64,000 nt of DNA from Tubiluchus corallicola (GCA_030141605.1 JAQGDQ010000187.1:248001-312000); one strand, 5' to 3'; shown: positions 26,301 to 40,704, numbered from the stretch's first letter. Translations and numbers: made by a program. Notes: generated by a model not told the origin, from the letters alone.

Positions 26301-27490
26301 TATCAGTTTAGCTTTGCTTTGATAGATTGTGTTTTTCCTTCGCTTGATAATTATCAATGCACCGCCCACGTTGCACAAACATGTAGGCAAGATTTTATTT
26401 TAGTCTCGACTGTTATTAATTGCCAAGCCACGGTGAAGGTTTCCCATTTTAATTAATACGTTCAGTAGTTTCCAATAATGAACTCTTAAAAGAGCCTCTC
26501 CCATTCCGAGCAGAAATGTCATCATAACGACTGCGCAATGCTTGCTTCTCCCAGGCAAATTCCAATACTGCTTCGTGTTCTCTTAACATGCTTTTGCTAC
26601 TACTCTGTGGTGTAACTGGTGTTACGGAAGTTCGTGCGATTCTCCCACGTCATTTTTTATGGTGCGTTACATCACATACTTCAAGAATTTGCCACTGACA
26701 CATCTGTCAATATAATGCTACTGTAACTTATTACTACTTACTTGTGCAGAAACCTATAATTCAGGAAAACTTGTCATAATTGTAGAGTGCATACGTGAAT
26801 CAGATGGTGAATATAGTGATTGTTTGCATCTCATTCATTAATAAAAGAGCAGTCAAAGTTGCTGTTGATTTTCCACCTGTTTTCTGCCGTAAATACTTGA
26901 AATACTCAACAAAACCGATGTAGATTCAGTTTCGCCTTAAGTTTATAACTATATGAGGCAGCCATGATTTCAAATGCAAGTACAGCGTCGATAGTCGATA
27001 CAGAAGCAGTTTTCTTTCGTAAGTGGAGTAGCACTGGAAAAATAATGCCGTTTAAGCTGTGTCAAATAAGAGACTGCGCTACTGATTTTAATGTCTAAAT
27101 TTTGTTGCTTTTTGTAATTTTTCAAAGAGTTAGCAGTTTTACTTATGTGCAATTGTAGCATTTCGAAGCATCACTTTTGTGGGTCTATTAGGTTTCACTA
27201 TTTCAAGCCAGTTGAAGGCTAAGCTAACTGCATGAGTTATATTTCAACTAGCTACTGTGATAAGCGCTTTCGGTGACTTCGCTTTTGCGTGCTTTCTAGA
27301 TACTTCGATAATCGTTGAATATTAGTGCCAGTTTTATTGGTACGCCACTCCCGTTCAGGCTGACAAAATAACAATGAATAATGAGCTCTAATCTTTAAAT
27401 TGATTCAAGTATAGGTTTGAGGTTGGATGTGGAAATGTTTTGATGACAGCCATGTGCTATGCGAATAATTACTTACTTTCATTGTTTATT

Positions 27491-27513
27491 AGAGGAGAGA
27501 GAAAGAGAGAGAG

Positions 27514-27572
<59 letters not shown>

Positions 27573-27580
27573 AGAGGGAG
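27491..27580. repeat. (GA)n microsatellite
   Basis: Directly visible. Confidence 0.97.
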
Positions 27581-30500
27581 ATTCATTTCGGTTTCCGAGG
27601 TAATCATTCTTTAACGAAAGTCATCTCTAATTAAAAAAAACGTGCACAACATTTTGCACTTGAGATTTTTTAGACCCTGGATCCGTTTGAGACCCTAGCA
27701 GCACTTTCGTCTGTGGTTAGAAGACTTTGAACTATGGTGCTTGAAGTAATAATTCTTTAATGTAAGTAATCCTTAAAAACAGTAAGTATCCCTGAAATAT
27801 TTTATACAGTATAAGTCATTTTTGAGCTACAGCCTAAAATTAAGTTGTGTTTTCCTTTACAGAAGATTATTATCTAAGTCATGTTCAAAAATCTAGTTGT
27901 GATTCGCCGATTTATTGCTTTTTAAATATCGAATTGCATTCATCGTCTTTTCGTTTTAACTAGACGTTTGAATGTGTTCTTTCTGGTTTATTTTTTAAAC
28001 TTAATGTAATATGTTTCACCGTACATTTTTATAGTTTGCCCGATTTTGCTGTGCGAAAGAGTTCCTAATACGGGATGTGAGTACAGTTAAGCTGTAATTT
28101 CCGTGCATAAAAACGGACTAAGAATTTAGCAGTAACGCTGTGCATGAAACAATTATGCTTCTCCTCCATACACATTATTTTTGGCATTTCGTTTGCTAAT
28201 GCAAATTGTATGTTTTAACAAAATATAAGCACCTTAGCCAAATCAAACTTTATTATCTTATTATACATGTAATATTTGGTTCGTTTATTTAAGTATATGA
28301 CTGTAGTTTAAAGACTGGATCAGTATGGATGAATTTTAAACGGAGTGATTGTTATTAACTATTTAAACATATGGCAGTGCTGATATAAAAATTTTCCATT
28401 CCAAAAATGTGGGCGTAGCTGTAAAGGTAGTCATGGCAACTGTGAGTTATAGAACTCCTGAAATAAATGCAGCATATTATTTTACAGTTTCAGGAGCATA
28501 CCCGGATTGCCCGCTCTTTCAAAACAAAGGAATATCTTGTGGAAAGTCTCGTAAAATTTATAGCTGTGCAGGAAACATTTTACTCTAGACTGCATGGTTA
28601 TCAGTGACATTAAAAAACAGTTAATAGTGAATATTGGTTATATATCTGACGAAATTACTGCAATTGAATATTAGCAACAAAGCTCAATCTCTAATGTATT
28701 GATTGTCAAATTATTTGTCAGACATATACATATTAAAGTGCAGTAACTTTTTCGTAGATATAAAGTAAACACTAAGTTGCTGACCATGCGTAAGAACTTT
28801 TGAAGATTTCCACTTTTGGGCAAGAGAAACTCCTGTTTTAAAAATAATATTCGGTGTAATTTATTCTAAATTTTTAATTAGTACGTCAGTCCATACATTC
28901 TTTGCTTTCAAGTTGCGCTGTTGTATTCTTCATCATCATCTCCGTGAGTCACACTTATCCTTGGTCGTAACACTTGCCATCATTCTTTCCAATGTTGCAC
29001 TGTCACCTGCACCCTCGCAGTGTTTGTATTTATGACGCCTAATGGAGTGTTAAATAAATGTTGCCAAAAATGTTCGAAAAACGTTTCGCACTTTGTTGTA
29101 AATCATATGAGCAGAAATGTAGTCGCCAGTCCTTCATACACATTGAGTTTGTATGAAGTTCAGCTTATTTTAATATTTGAGAAAAATTTTAGTAAGTTCC
29201 AGCAATAAAATTGTGATAAGCGCCTCGTGTAATTATTAGTAAAATCAGTTTAAAGTCACGAGCACTTCAAGATTGGGCGCGCTCATTTTGAACGAAAAAT
29301 GGCGTCATCGGGTTACTGTAAACCGTATACGGCTGTATAAACACGTATTCCGAAGGGTGCTTTAGCGAATTTCTTTTGCAGCTACAGTTACTATCATCAA
29401 CTACAAACAATCCAAAACGTTAAACGAGAGATTATTAATACTATTTTTTTACTTTTTGATGAATACCGTTGCCCACTATGTAATGAAAACCGATAATATA
29501 ATAATCTACAACTCAGCTAAATAGCGCCGATAATGTAACACAATAATTATTTTAACAAGCTAAAACTGAATTCTGCTGTCCAGCATCCTCTGTATGTTCG
29601 CAGCCTCGCAGAATTCCGTACTTGTCAGCAATTATATTACGCATTTTGCGATACAATCCTGTGGATTAAAGCTGTGTAAGGCCTTTAAAGTTATTGCAAA
29701 TTGATTCGACGACTAATTTTTACATATACACAGTTAAATACAAAGATTTCGTCAAGTAGAATAGCGAAATTCTGAAAGAACTGCAGAAGCTTTGTTATGC
29801 GTGCCTTCGTACTGTCCACCAGCATACCTAATATTTTTCATATAGGTCCGCAGCGAGGTTTGTTTAGTAAGAGATACGAATGATTTAAATTTCTTTTGCA
29901 TTTTTAAGCAAGGCGTTTGATGCGCGCATAATATGTTGTAATTTCAATATGTTTAAATATACAATGAATGTTATTCGAGGGTTGGTTTTCGTTTAGCTTT
30001 CAGCCGCAACTTTGGTGTACTATAGTGACATTTGCAACATGTTTCTAAGAAAAAATGCAGCGAGTGATCCTGCGCGATTTCCTTGTCATATCTTAACACT
30101 TTCTGATGAAGCCATTTAGATCACGAGTTACCTCGACAAATTGCTTCTCGGCTGGTGCCTAGCTCCATACATTATGTTTGTGATGCCACCGTGCAAACTG
30201 AATAGGCATTTTCATTATCTCGCCTTCTCAGTGGGAAATGAAGTTACAGGAAGCTTCTCTGATCAATAGTTAAACACAGTGTCCACATACACTTCTGACT
30301 TCACTCGTTATGTATATGAAGCCAGATAATATTGCATTCTTCTTAAGTGGAATAACTTGACTGGTAAAAGTCGAATTGCCATTGGCTGAACAAGGTCGTG
30401 ACAATTTAGTCTCTGTGCAGCGTCATCGTTTTGAATGCAATATAAGCGTTGAAAGTTTACGGAAACAGAAAGCAAGGTTCACCATACTTCAAATTTTTTC

Positions 30501-31511
30501 TTGTTATATAGTCCCAACATTTTAATTCTGTTTACCAAAGTTAGATTTTTAATAATTTAACTTAGTGAAGTTTAATACAATTCTACAAATGTTCCACAAA
30601 TTATGTTCTCTTAGGTTGTCATGGGTACCAAACGCAGGAGGCTTCTTCGAAGTTCTCCCGTGTCAGTTTCTTCGAAACATGGGTCAAGATTTTTGCCAAA
30701 ATTTCAAGGTTTATAATTGGAAAAAGACGCCCTAACACGTTTGATCAAACGCCCTAGCTCTGATCAAATTCTATTGGTAGATGCATTTTTTTCTGTTCAG
30801 GTTGAGAAAGCGTAAATGCTTGCTTTAATGAGGACGTAATGGTTTGAATGATATTTTAGTTTGTAAATACGCGAGTAATTAAATAAGTTGAGTAGCTAAT
30901 GACCTTAGTAACTAAATTTTGCAGGTCAACTTTTGCCAGTTTGCTAAACAGCAGCAGAAGCCTTAATTAGCATTTGTCATATGATTACCAGAAACGCGTT
31001 TTATGACGTTTCATTTATTTTGCATTGCCTGGTTATGTATATTTTGGATTGTATTTATGAAATTTCTCTCGACTTCTCGTCGAATAACACACAATGAACG
31101 ATTTAATATTCTCCGAGAATGATTTTCCACGCTTAGATTATCGCCTGGGGAGTCAGAGATTTGTTGCTTTTTGCAGTTTATGCATGCAGTATTGATCAGT
31201 TTCCTTGGGATTTTAATAATATGAACGTTGTAACCTTATTGTAGGTTTCTACCCTGTACTTTGCTTAAGAAGAAATCAATACCGATTATGTATTTCAAAC
31301 ACATGTGATTTGAGGAAGTGGAGCCTCACCAGAAAGGGTTGCTAGGTCTGTAATTTCATACCGGTGAAAGAGCACTTTCCTTCGAGACTGAAGTTCTCTT
31401 CGTGGTTATTCTTTGCTCTATGTGTTGGCTTCAGATGGTTCTTCATTTTAATCTTGCATCTGCAGTATTTCAAGATTTGGAATTGCTGTTGAATATACGT
31501 CATCTTGCGCG

Positions 31512-31519
31512 TGACGTCA
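31512..31519. promoter_or_regulatory. Perfect CRE palindrome upstream of alternative first exon B
   Basis: TGACGTCA lies about 230 bp upstream of the ATG at 31751. Confidence 0.6.
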
Positions 31520-31750
31520 TAAGGACACTTCGAAGGTGTTGGAAATTTCACACGAATTTTTCCTTGCATATTGTTTTAAACAAGTGGTGCAGAGTAATGC
31601 TAACGGTGTTTGATATTTTCTTTGAAAATGAAAATAATTCACGGAGGAAGTACGCATAATTTTTGTAGTCGATGAATGGACACTAGTGCAGTGGTGGAAA
31701 TGAATATTGCTCAGCAACTATTATAAATTCGGCAAACGTGCTTAAGCAAG

Positions 31751-31890
31751 ATGGCTACTTCACGGAGCATGATGGGATCGGACGGGCTTCTGTATCCTCA
31801 TTCGTACCACGGATCTCCAACGTCACCAATTCCTGCGAGATTGAGGTCAGGGCCAAGACCCGTACCGAAGGCACGTTCCGCAAGGTCGCT
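31751..31890 (+). CDS. PDE4: PDE4 putative alternative first coding exon B (long isoform): MATSRSMMGSDGLLYPHSYHGSPTSPIPARLRSGPRPVPKARSARS(L)
   Basis: GC-rich island. ATG in good context (AAGATGG) after an in-frame TAA at 31724-31726. 46 codons plus CT, then donor GTGAGT at 31891. Phase 2 fits the UCR1 exon acceptor. This frame differs from the track ORF 31738..32010. Confidence 0.7.
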
Positions 31891-32529
31891 GTGAGTATGA
31901 TATTTACCATGTTGTGGTATTTTTGCTTTGGCTTAATGAGCCTTTTACATAGTCCAGCTACCAAAACACGCCATTCAGAAACCATACTTGGCAATTTGTG
32001 TTATTTTTAATAGAGAATCGGTTTAAATGTCTGCAAAATGCCATGAGATAGTTTTTGTATTTGTTTAGGATGACTCTTTGGTAGTCAGTATTTTAACTCG
32101 AAATGCAAAACCTGACTTCTAAGGCTGATTCAATTTGGATTTGTTAGTGACTCGGAAAGTCGGATGGCGTGGAATAACTATTATAAATTGTAGCATTTTT
32201 TACTTTCGTTCATACTGCAATGTGTTCAGCATCGTTTATTGTATTAGGCTTACACGAAGACCGCCCACATTGCCAACGCTTTAGCAGTACGTAAATAATT
32301 ATTCTTATATAATAATACAGTGCGGTGGATATTTCAGTTTTCCATTACACTAAAAGGTTTTGGTACGCGCTTGGGAATTTTATTGTAAAATTTTACAATG
32401 ACGACCAGTGTCATTAGCCAACAGGTCACAGTTGTTAAATTAGTTTGCTTTTCCATAATAATAGTATGTATGAACGTTACAGTGCAGAGCAAGCTTTAAA
32501 TGATTCGAAACATGGTATAATGGCGTTAA

Positions 32530-33740
32530 GGCTTATTATGTAATAGTACGACATTATGTAGCAAAACATGCTGCATTGAGTAACATAAATTTTTATGTCA
32601 TTATGTAATAATCACTGTGTAACAATTTTTGTGCCATGCAGTAATCATTACTTAAGAAAAATGATACATTATGTAACACGATGGTCATAGTCTATAGTCG
32701 GGATTTGTCACGGTCTCCATGTGGTCTAATAATTGTACTGGTCATGTCAATTTCTTTCTGCTCTAACGCGTCTAACACTGGCTCGGTGTGTCTTGTTTGT
32801 GGCTGCTCCGTCGGGAGTCTGGTCTGTCTGGGGTCTGATTTTTCTGAAATCTGTGATGTTGCTGGTTAGTTTAGGACCTGATTTGTGGTCATCTGTTTGA
32901 GATCTGATCTAATAGTGGTCTCAGAGATTAGATCCATCTGTAATTTGTGCCTGGTTTATCTGCTTCTGGGAAGATCTATCTTAAATATGGCCAGGGGCGG
33001 AACTAGGGGGAGCGAAGGGGGGCGCGCGCCCCCCTTGTCAAAACTTGCGCCCCCCTGCAAAATCGGACAAATATTTTTTTTGCAGTGAAAATTGCAGTTC
33101 GCATGTAATCATTTTCAATATGAATTAGAATTAGGTAAAAAATTAACCATTATTTACCCACTTCGGATACCTCGCCTCCCCCCCCCCCCTGCTTGCCACA
33201 TCTAGTTCCGGCCCTGAATATGGCTAGTTGTGCAAAGTCCTGTTTGCCTACGGTTTAATCTCTCAGAGGCCTGTGGTTGGTCTGATTGACTCCAAATTGA
33301 AAACAGTTTGTTATATATGTCTGCGAAATTTCCTACGACGGAACTTCCAAACTGAAACTCCCGCCGAGAAGATCCGATCTCTATCTTTCAAAAATAAATC
33401 TTTATGGAACTAGACCATGATCAAGAACTACGTGGTAGACCATACGTCAGATCGACCAGACCCCTAATACGTCGACCTCTGATACATCAGACCCCAGACC
33501 AGACTGTAGATCGAGCTGGAACTAGCAACAATTAGACCACATACAGCTTGCGACAACACACAACTGCAGACCACAACTAGACATGCGTCAGTTTGTTACG
33601 TAATGCACCATTTTTGTTACATGGCGATCTTTGTAGTTACATAGTGACGCAAAATTTGAACATCATGATATTAACTTTGTCACAATGACAAACTTTTTAT
33701 TTGTTACAAAGCGCAGATTTTTTTAGTTTTGCATTGTTAC
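32530..33740. mobile_element. Old foldback/MITE-like element with long imperfect inverted arms (boundaries approximate)
   Basis: Left-arm cattatgtaaca, atgtggtctaat and tctggggtctgat are mirrored on the right by atcagaccccaga, attagaccacat and tgttacgtaatg. Confidence 0.65.
32992..33216. mobile_element. 225-bp hAT-type MITE with 8-bp TSD
   Basis: Exact TSD AATATGGC at 32984-32991 and 33217-33224. TIRs caggggcggaactag / ctagttccggccctg match at 14 of 15 positions. Confidence 0.9.
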
Positions 33741-35607
33741 AGAGTGTATTTATATATTTATTTATTAGCCCTTAATGAAAATTAACACATATTGAAAAGT
33801 AGTCATTTGTACTAACTCTCTTGATAACAACTTGTGAGGCTTCATTGCTCGAGTGTACTGTAAATATCTCACTAGCGTGCAGCTAGATGGTGCCAGTAGG
33901 TTAGTGCGGTTGGCCAGGAAAGGCTGTAAACTGTAATGAAACCTGCTTTTGCAGCGTTTTGACAAGTTTAGCGATTAAATCATCTATTTTGATAAACTAA
34001 CTATCAGATCAGGATATTTTGCGCTAATAATACATTTTTATGAAAGAAGATGGCAGCAGGCATGCAGCACTTATGCTGGCTATAAAAAACAATACAAAAT
34101 AATTTACAATATATTTATGTCACAGTTATATCGTTAAGCCAATCGTTATAATTCCCATCAGTTTCTTGTATGGCTTCTAAACTTAAAAAGATTCTACTAG
34201 TAAATTATACTAGCATTAACTAACATTACGTTTATTAAAAGTAGGTGGTTGTTACTTGTACTAACTATTAACCTGAACAACAATTATAAAAAAATGAATT
34301 ATGCAGTGCAAAATATTAGCAAAAAAACGTTCACTAGTGGTGACAGGATTCTCAAGAATCCGAATATGCTATGGGTATGATGTCCAGGTATTCATGACTA
34401 TCCCCTATGCATATATATGTATGAGTATGCATGTGTGTATATGTATGTGGGTATATGTATGTACGTATGCATTTGTATATGTATATGAATATAGAAAAAA
34501 GTACTTGGAAAAATATCTTCTTAATAGTAAAAAGCAATTCCTCTTAAATTCTGTTTTTTTTTTATATAATTTCCACATAGCATTAAACTCATGAATATTG
34601 TAATTTATTTTTTTTGTTTTGATAATTTGTAGAATATTACTAAGGACTGAATATCATTGCTTAAGCTATACTTGGTGCTTTTTTCTGTCACTGTAACATA
34701 ATAAATGACAATATTGTTAAATGAAACATTCATTTATCAACCCAACTGCAAGTATAGATAAAATTATGTGTTAATTACCTCAATTTTTGTTTAGAAACTA
34801 CTAATTTAGGAAATCAAACTGGTTAAATTTTAAATTATTGTCTGTGTCTCATTACTCACTAGTGTCGCATGTGATCATTTAATTTTAACATGTTAAAAGG
34901 ACGGCTGACTTGATGACCTTTTGGTCGGCTCGCTATCCTATCTCCTTTTCACTTATTACTAGCAATTAGGCTTTATTTGCCTTTATACTATTTAACTATT
35001 GCATCCTCACAGACAGGAAGCGGTTACTGTACATTTGTAAATTGGAGAAAAAATAAATTTCAATTTAATTCAAGTACATTGTGCAGTAAAAATTTTATCA
35101 TTAAACGAAAAAACATAAAATACCTAAACAGAGAGACTAAGTAGAGGAAAAAATAACTTACATAGACGACTAAAATGGCAGTAGCTTTAAAAGTTACAGT
35201 TTGATAGTCTTGTGTTGAAACTGGCGATGTTTGATGATGGTTTGCCTGTCAGTCTGCCCTCGGAGTTTCTAAAGTCGATACTCTACCTTCCTTGTTAGTG
35301 CAAGGATCGTATCTTAGAATCTTATCTTATCTGTGACGTATTGACATATTTCCAAACTTACACGCGATCCTATTAAATTGTCAAAATATTTTGCTTCTTG
35401 AAATCGTCTTTTCGTTAACGACACTGTAACTGAATTGAGCAAATTTTTACGCGTAACAAGAAAGCAAGCTTTTTGTGATTTTGTCTGGCACATTGGCTAA
35501 TTCACCTCAAAAAGTAGTGTAATCTTTTTAGGATTATGTAAAATCATGCCTACGCTGCCTTCCTTTTTAATTTGATTTGTTTTCTCTTGGTTAATTAATC
35601 GATGCTC

Positions 35608-35772
35608 ATTGGCCGCATTTTGTCATGGTTGACGTGACCCATTTACCTGGTGTTTCCATGATAAATGGCCGGATTATTTCTCTGTTAACATAGGACTTAT
35701 ATAAACCTCACCGGTAATGAGCGACAGTCAATGTTATTTTGATCAATTGCCGTTGCTGGCTGCGCATGCGCA
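35608..35772. promoter_or_regulatory. Promoter-like cluster with perfect NRF1 palindrome
   Basis: TGCGCATGCGCA at 35761-35772, reverse CCAAT (ATTGG) near 35608, half-CRE TGACG near 35630, X-box-like GTTTCCATGATAAA at 35652-35665. Confidence 0.45.
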
Positions 35773-38700
35773 GGAGTCTACATCCGAAGTTGCAATTGAA
35801 ATAAAGCTGATCGTTGATTTCATATGTTTCCTGTTGACATGGGCTATTATTCTGTGTGAATGGAACAGAAGGTGACATGTGCATATGGTCGCTCGAATTT
35901 CCAATTTAGCTGATGAGTCTGTACTTTATACGTTTCTATGAAGCTGCGTCCAATTAGCTGAGATGTCCGCGAGCTTCAGTTTCGACACAACAGCTTCAGT
36001 GATTGGCAGGGATTCGTCTATGTGCTTTATTTCGTAACCTTTGGCTTGTTGGACAAAGATTTACAGCTACATGATTGATAGCGGTGAAAATTAAGCACCA
36101 TAAATAACTGCTTGCACGCATTATGTGTCAATAAGTGTAAATTTTGTTGTTGTTTATTAGAAATCGCGGTTTTGTGGTTTTTTCTGCTTGTGTTGTTACG
36201 AATACGAATTTATTACAATAAAGGGAACAAAGGGAACATTTTAGCAGCTGATGATAATATGAAGGATGAAGCTGCACAGTGCGGTGAAAAAAGATGGCAG
36301 TCACCTATGTTTGTACCCCGTCCGGGAAGCTTAAATCATTAAAAGAATTTCCAAGTGAGGCATATGAGGCAAAACAAGAGCTCATAAAGAGGATGATGTT
36401 TTATTCATCGGATGTAAATTTTCACCTTTGAAGAATTTAAATTTTTACCGTCCTTTGGAAAATGCCTTCTGCACCTTCCTGTTTTCAAATCGCAAGTACT
36501 CGCCCAAATGAATTGTAATATTGATTTTTTTTCGAAACACATGGTTCATTAAAGTAAAAGCCATTACTTCTAGACTAGCCAATAGAGGTGTAACTAAAAT
36601 ACTTTAGGTCCTATTTTTCCATGGCTAGTTGCGTTTTTAGCAGATTTTTCCTGAAACGTTGGGATTTTGTCGCCCTGAATTGTCCTGATTGTAAACGTAT
36701 TTGATTTCAGAACATTTTTGGCACCTAGGTATTGTTTTTATAGTACATCGTTTTTAATTGCTCTTTGTGGGAGTTAAAATAAGTAGCCAAATTCGGTACT
36801 ATTATACAGTTAGCTAATTTATTAGATGTGTAATTATATAAGGGTTAATCCAAATTTGTCTTTGTTTGCTTGGCCAAGTAAAGCTAGCTTTTCTTCTTGT
36901 CATAGTCAGCTTCGGGTAGGTTATTTCCTTTGCATCAGCGACAGGTCAACGATTCTCTTTCCCTACTAATTGGTTTACAACATTAACTAGCAGCAGTCCG
37001 TCACATCATACCAATATTATACACAACTCTGTTGCGCTGTAATAGCAGTGTGGTGGGTAACTCCAGTTTCAATGACGCCCATCCATCAGCTTTGTCGGTG
37101 ACTACAGGAGATCTTATCTCTTACCTTAAATTTGTAAGGCGACCATTGTTGAACATTCCCCGGTGCATGAAAATGAGAATTTAGAACATTAGGCTACATT
37201 TTACACAACTTTCAGCGTGACTGATCTCTGAGATGACATAAAATTATAAAACCTTCTAATACTTGACATTCTGCATTCCAGTGTGCCATACCCAGTCATA
37301 ATTCCATACCTTGAATACATTTAATTACAACTTACGAACATAGTTTCTGAAGTACACTTAATGTAATTGATACACCACACATACGCAACAATGATCCAAG
37401 TGTCCGAGAACGAAAAGCCCATTTCCAACACTCTTAAAGATTTTTCATCTCCTGCTGCCGGTAACATCGTAAGCTTTAAATATAATTGTGTAAGTTTAGA
37501 AAACACTTAGGCAAAGGTTTGCTGTTCCGTGTGAGTGTTATGAGATTGGCTTGGAATAGAGTAACTGAACGTTTTGAAAAGACAAGTGGAATGCGATTTT
37601 TTTATTTGCAAAAGTTATATTTCGTGTACTAAGGTGCAAGAATGCGTCAAAATTGCGTGCTCGTCCATGCGGTGTTTATTTATTATTGATTTTGTAAACA
37701 TGGCATTAATACTCTTTGGGACATACTTAATGTATAAGGGCCTTGCTCAATAAGCAGATTTTTAAGTAAGTATTATTGGAGTTGTGATAAACCTCAAACC
37801 TTTATATCAGGTTTGTTTGTTATGCACTGTTCTACCCTTAGACTTTAATGATCTAAATCTCATTTCTCTATTCCATTGAAACATCACTTGAAAACGTCTG
37901 TTTTCGACGTTTTCTCTCTTTACAGCGTAGGCTTTCTCGATGTGAAATATGATCTCGAAAGCTTGCTATCAAATTAAGGAACTGAGAGTCTTGTGGAGTA
38001 TTATCGTCATTTACGCAAGATTACTTCCAACCGCATTTTCAACCGCATGCGTTTTCTTTGTGCAGCTTCCCCACACCCCGATTATTACGTGATGACTATG
38101 TGGTCTCCATTCGCGTTATTTGAATTTACATTACGCTCATGTGTAAAAAAACTTATTCGGGTAATGGTTAAAAGGAAATATCTATGAAGGTGCATTATGT
38201 GTGCCTCAGTGCAATATGGCCTAGCTGCACTTACGAAGAATCTTAAAGATTCCACTGTGACATAATTGAGATAATATTGGTGTAGTGTACATGAAAAATT
38301 GCAATCAAACCTGTATTGAGGACCCCATTATTGTGAATAACCGATATTTTATATACAATCCTATATGTATTGACACAGTTCTTTATATACAAAGCTTTAT
38401 TACATCACCAAATATGGTTAATAAAAAGGAAGCTGAAAACAAAGTTGATCACAGCGAACTTAGGTTATTACTTTAGGCTGCCTCCAAGTAAGTTTTAGTT
38501 CACGTTCACGTACCGTGACTTTCAAACCGATTGATTTTTTGCACAGATACCGTTCTTTAATTCCTTTCAAGCATAAGAAGACTGTTTACTTACATGAAGC
38601 TAAAAATGGTCTTGAAATTTTGTATGACTTACATGACTGTCTTCTTGCACACAGAGCTTGTAATAGCAGCGGCGCTGTGTAACACTTGAAAATTTAAACT

Positions 38701-39032
38701 CCAGCAATTTCCATTAGGGGCAGCCATTTTGACGATAAGTCGTTTGAAACAAATTTACAGTATTCGTAGCCCACACTTAACTAACTAAGCAAAAAAGTAT
38801 AAATTATTGTATTTTGGTGAGTCAGTGACATTTTACCATTTGGCGCAAATATTTTAAATTACTAAGAATTTTCTTTTCTAGTTACATAAGTCTTTAAAAC
38901 AGGTAAACGTAATTCTAAGTAATATAACATTGTACGGAAAGTTTTTGTGACATGCTTTAAAATTGCCTTCTAAGACTTCTCTTCCTCATGTAGCATAATG
39001 CTGCATTTCTATCGCGATGTTATTTTGATGGA

Positions 39033-39061
39033 ATTATTATTATTATATTATTATTATTATA

Positions 39062-39136
<75 letters not shown>

Positions 39137-39150
39137 GCTGTTGTTGTTGT
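39033..39150. repeat. (ATT)n microsatellite with short (TTG)n end
   Basis: Directly visible. Confidence 0.97.
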
Positions 39151-40704
39151 GTATTTTTTAGCAAAGATTTGATGGCAAGATTAGGGCCATTCAGTTTCAA
39201 AAATAAGAAAATTACGTGCAATTCTTATTAAAGCTATCCAAAATTAAGCCTATCCAAACCTATTAATTTTTGTTTCTGCGTGAGAGACTGGGTGTTATAG
39301 TAGATCAATAGCAGAAACCAGATGTCAGATAATAATATAATAATGATAATAATATTAACAATAATAGATGTCAGCGCGTCAGCAAAAAGGTATTCACACT
39401 GAAAATTAAATTGTAGACTGTTTGTTGCTGTCGCTGTTTGTTGACTACTCGCTGACTTCAGTAAGATTGTCGCGGCTAAGTTATTATGACGCATCATGTA
39501 TTATTTCTACTATAGACTAGACCTCTGGATTTCTTTCCGTGCCTATATCGGCCTCCAGCACAGAATCTGCTCTATTTTATGTAGTGCATCCTGTGATCAA
39601 TCTAATTTCTAGAACAATCCTAAAGTAACCGTCCCAAGTTTGTCATCGTGATTGATCAGGGTTATTTATACTGCAGCTGCGTTAATTTGCTGCCTCGTTG
39701 CAGCCTGTAATTTGCATGTAATTACCCCCTGATTCCTGATTCAAGAAGTATTGCCAAGGATATAGCAAATTTTTCCAACTGTTGTACTGTAAGAGCGAAG
39801 TTATCTATAGCTTCTCTGGCGAAACTACATTGTGAAAGTGAATCATTAGTCAACGAGCTGTAAATATGGATTCACCTAAAACAGTAACTAAACGTGGTTC
39901 AACTGGTTATATACGTACTTTATGGCAGCGACGACGACACCATGCCCAACCACTGTTATATCTAAAACATCATCATAGGTATAGTTTCACAGTTATTGGG
40001 TACTTCTTTTCCAAATTTCAAAAGAGTTGATTGTAATAATAATATTTAATGGCGTTCAGGCAGTAAAGTGTCAAACCTGAACTTTGTCTGGATCATTTCT
40101 GAAATCTAATTGTTCAAAAACAAACCTGTTGCATTTTCTTTGTTACACTCTGTTTAGCATTTTCTAGACTTTCGAGAAATGCAACATAAATATGAGCTTT
40201 TCAAGATAACATTATGCTGTAAGAAGTATATCATGTGGTCTCTGGTTTAATTTAACATTTTTGATGTAAAACTCCTTAACGACTTATCTTGTAATTAAAA
40301 CATATGTGTGGAGACCAACTGGCTTTGCATATTTCCCATTTTCATCACCATTACATACATTAGCCCCATCATTACCATCACCATTATTACCCTAATCAGT
40401 TCGCCCTTGTCATATCATCATCATCATCACCACCACTGTCACCACCACCTTCTTCTTTATCAAGGTCGTCATCTTCATCAACACTATCATTGTCAGCATC
40501 TTTTTCTGCGTATTATTAACGTCATCACAAACCTCCATGTTATGGTTATACATTACTACTAATGTAGCACCACATCAAATCGGGTGCACGCCAAAACGTG
40601 CACTGTTCATTTGAAACACACTGTGACTGTAGTTGCTGATTTTTGTTATATGTAGGTATAAAAAGTGTTTGGGCAAAATATTCATGTAAATCATAATTTT
40701 TCAG

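Noticed and set aside
31738-32010. Track ORF MLKQDGYF... as the coding frame
   Set aside because: It starts at GTG, and its frame gives a phase-0 junction at the GTGAGT donor, which is incompatible with the UCR1 exon. The ATG 31751 frame fits.
36294-36431. ORF MAVTYVCTPSGKLKSLKEF... as an alternative first exon
   Set aside because: The available donors fall in phase 0 or 1, not the phase 2 required by the next exon.
40308-40562. His-rich ORF upstream of the UCR1 exon
   Set aside because: Translation of a degenerate (CAT/CAC)n tract, with no ATG start or splice support.
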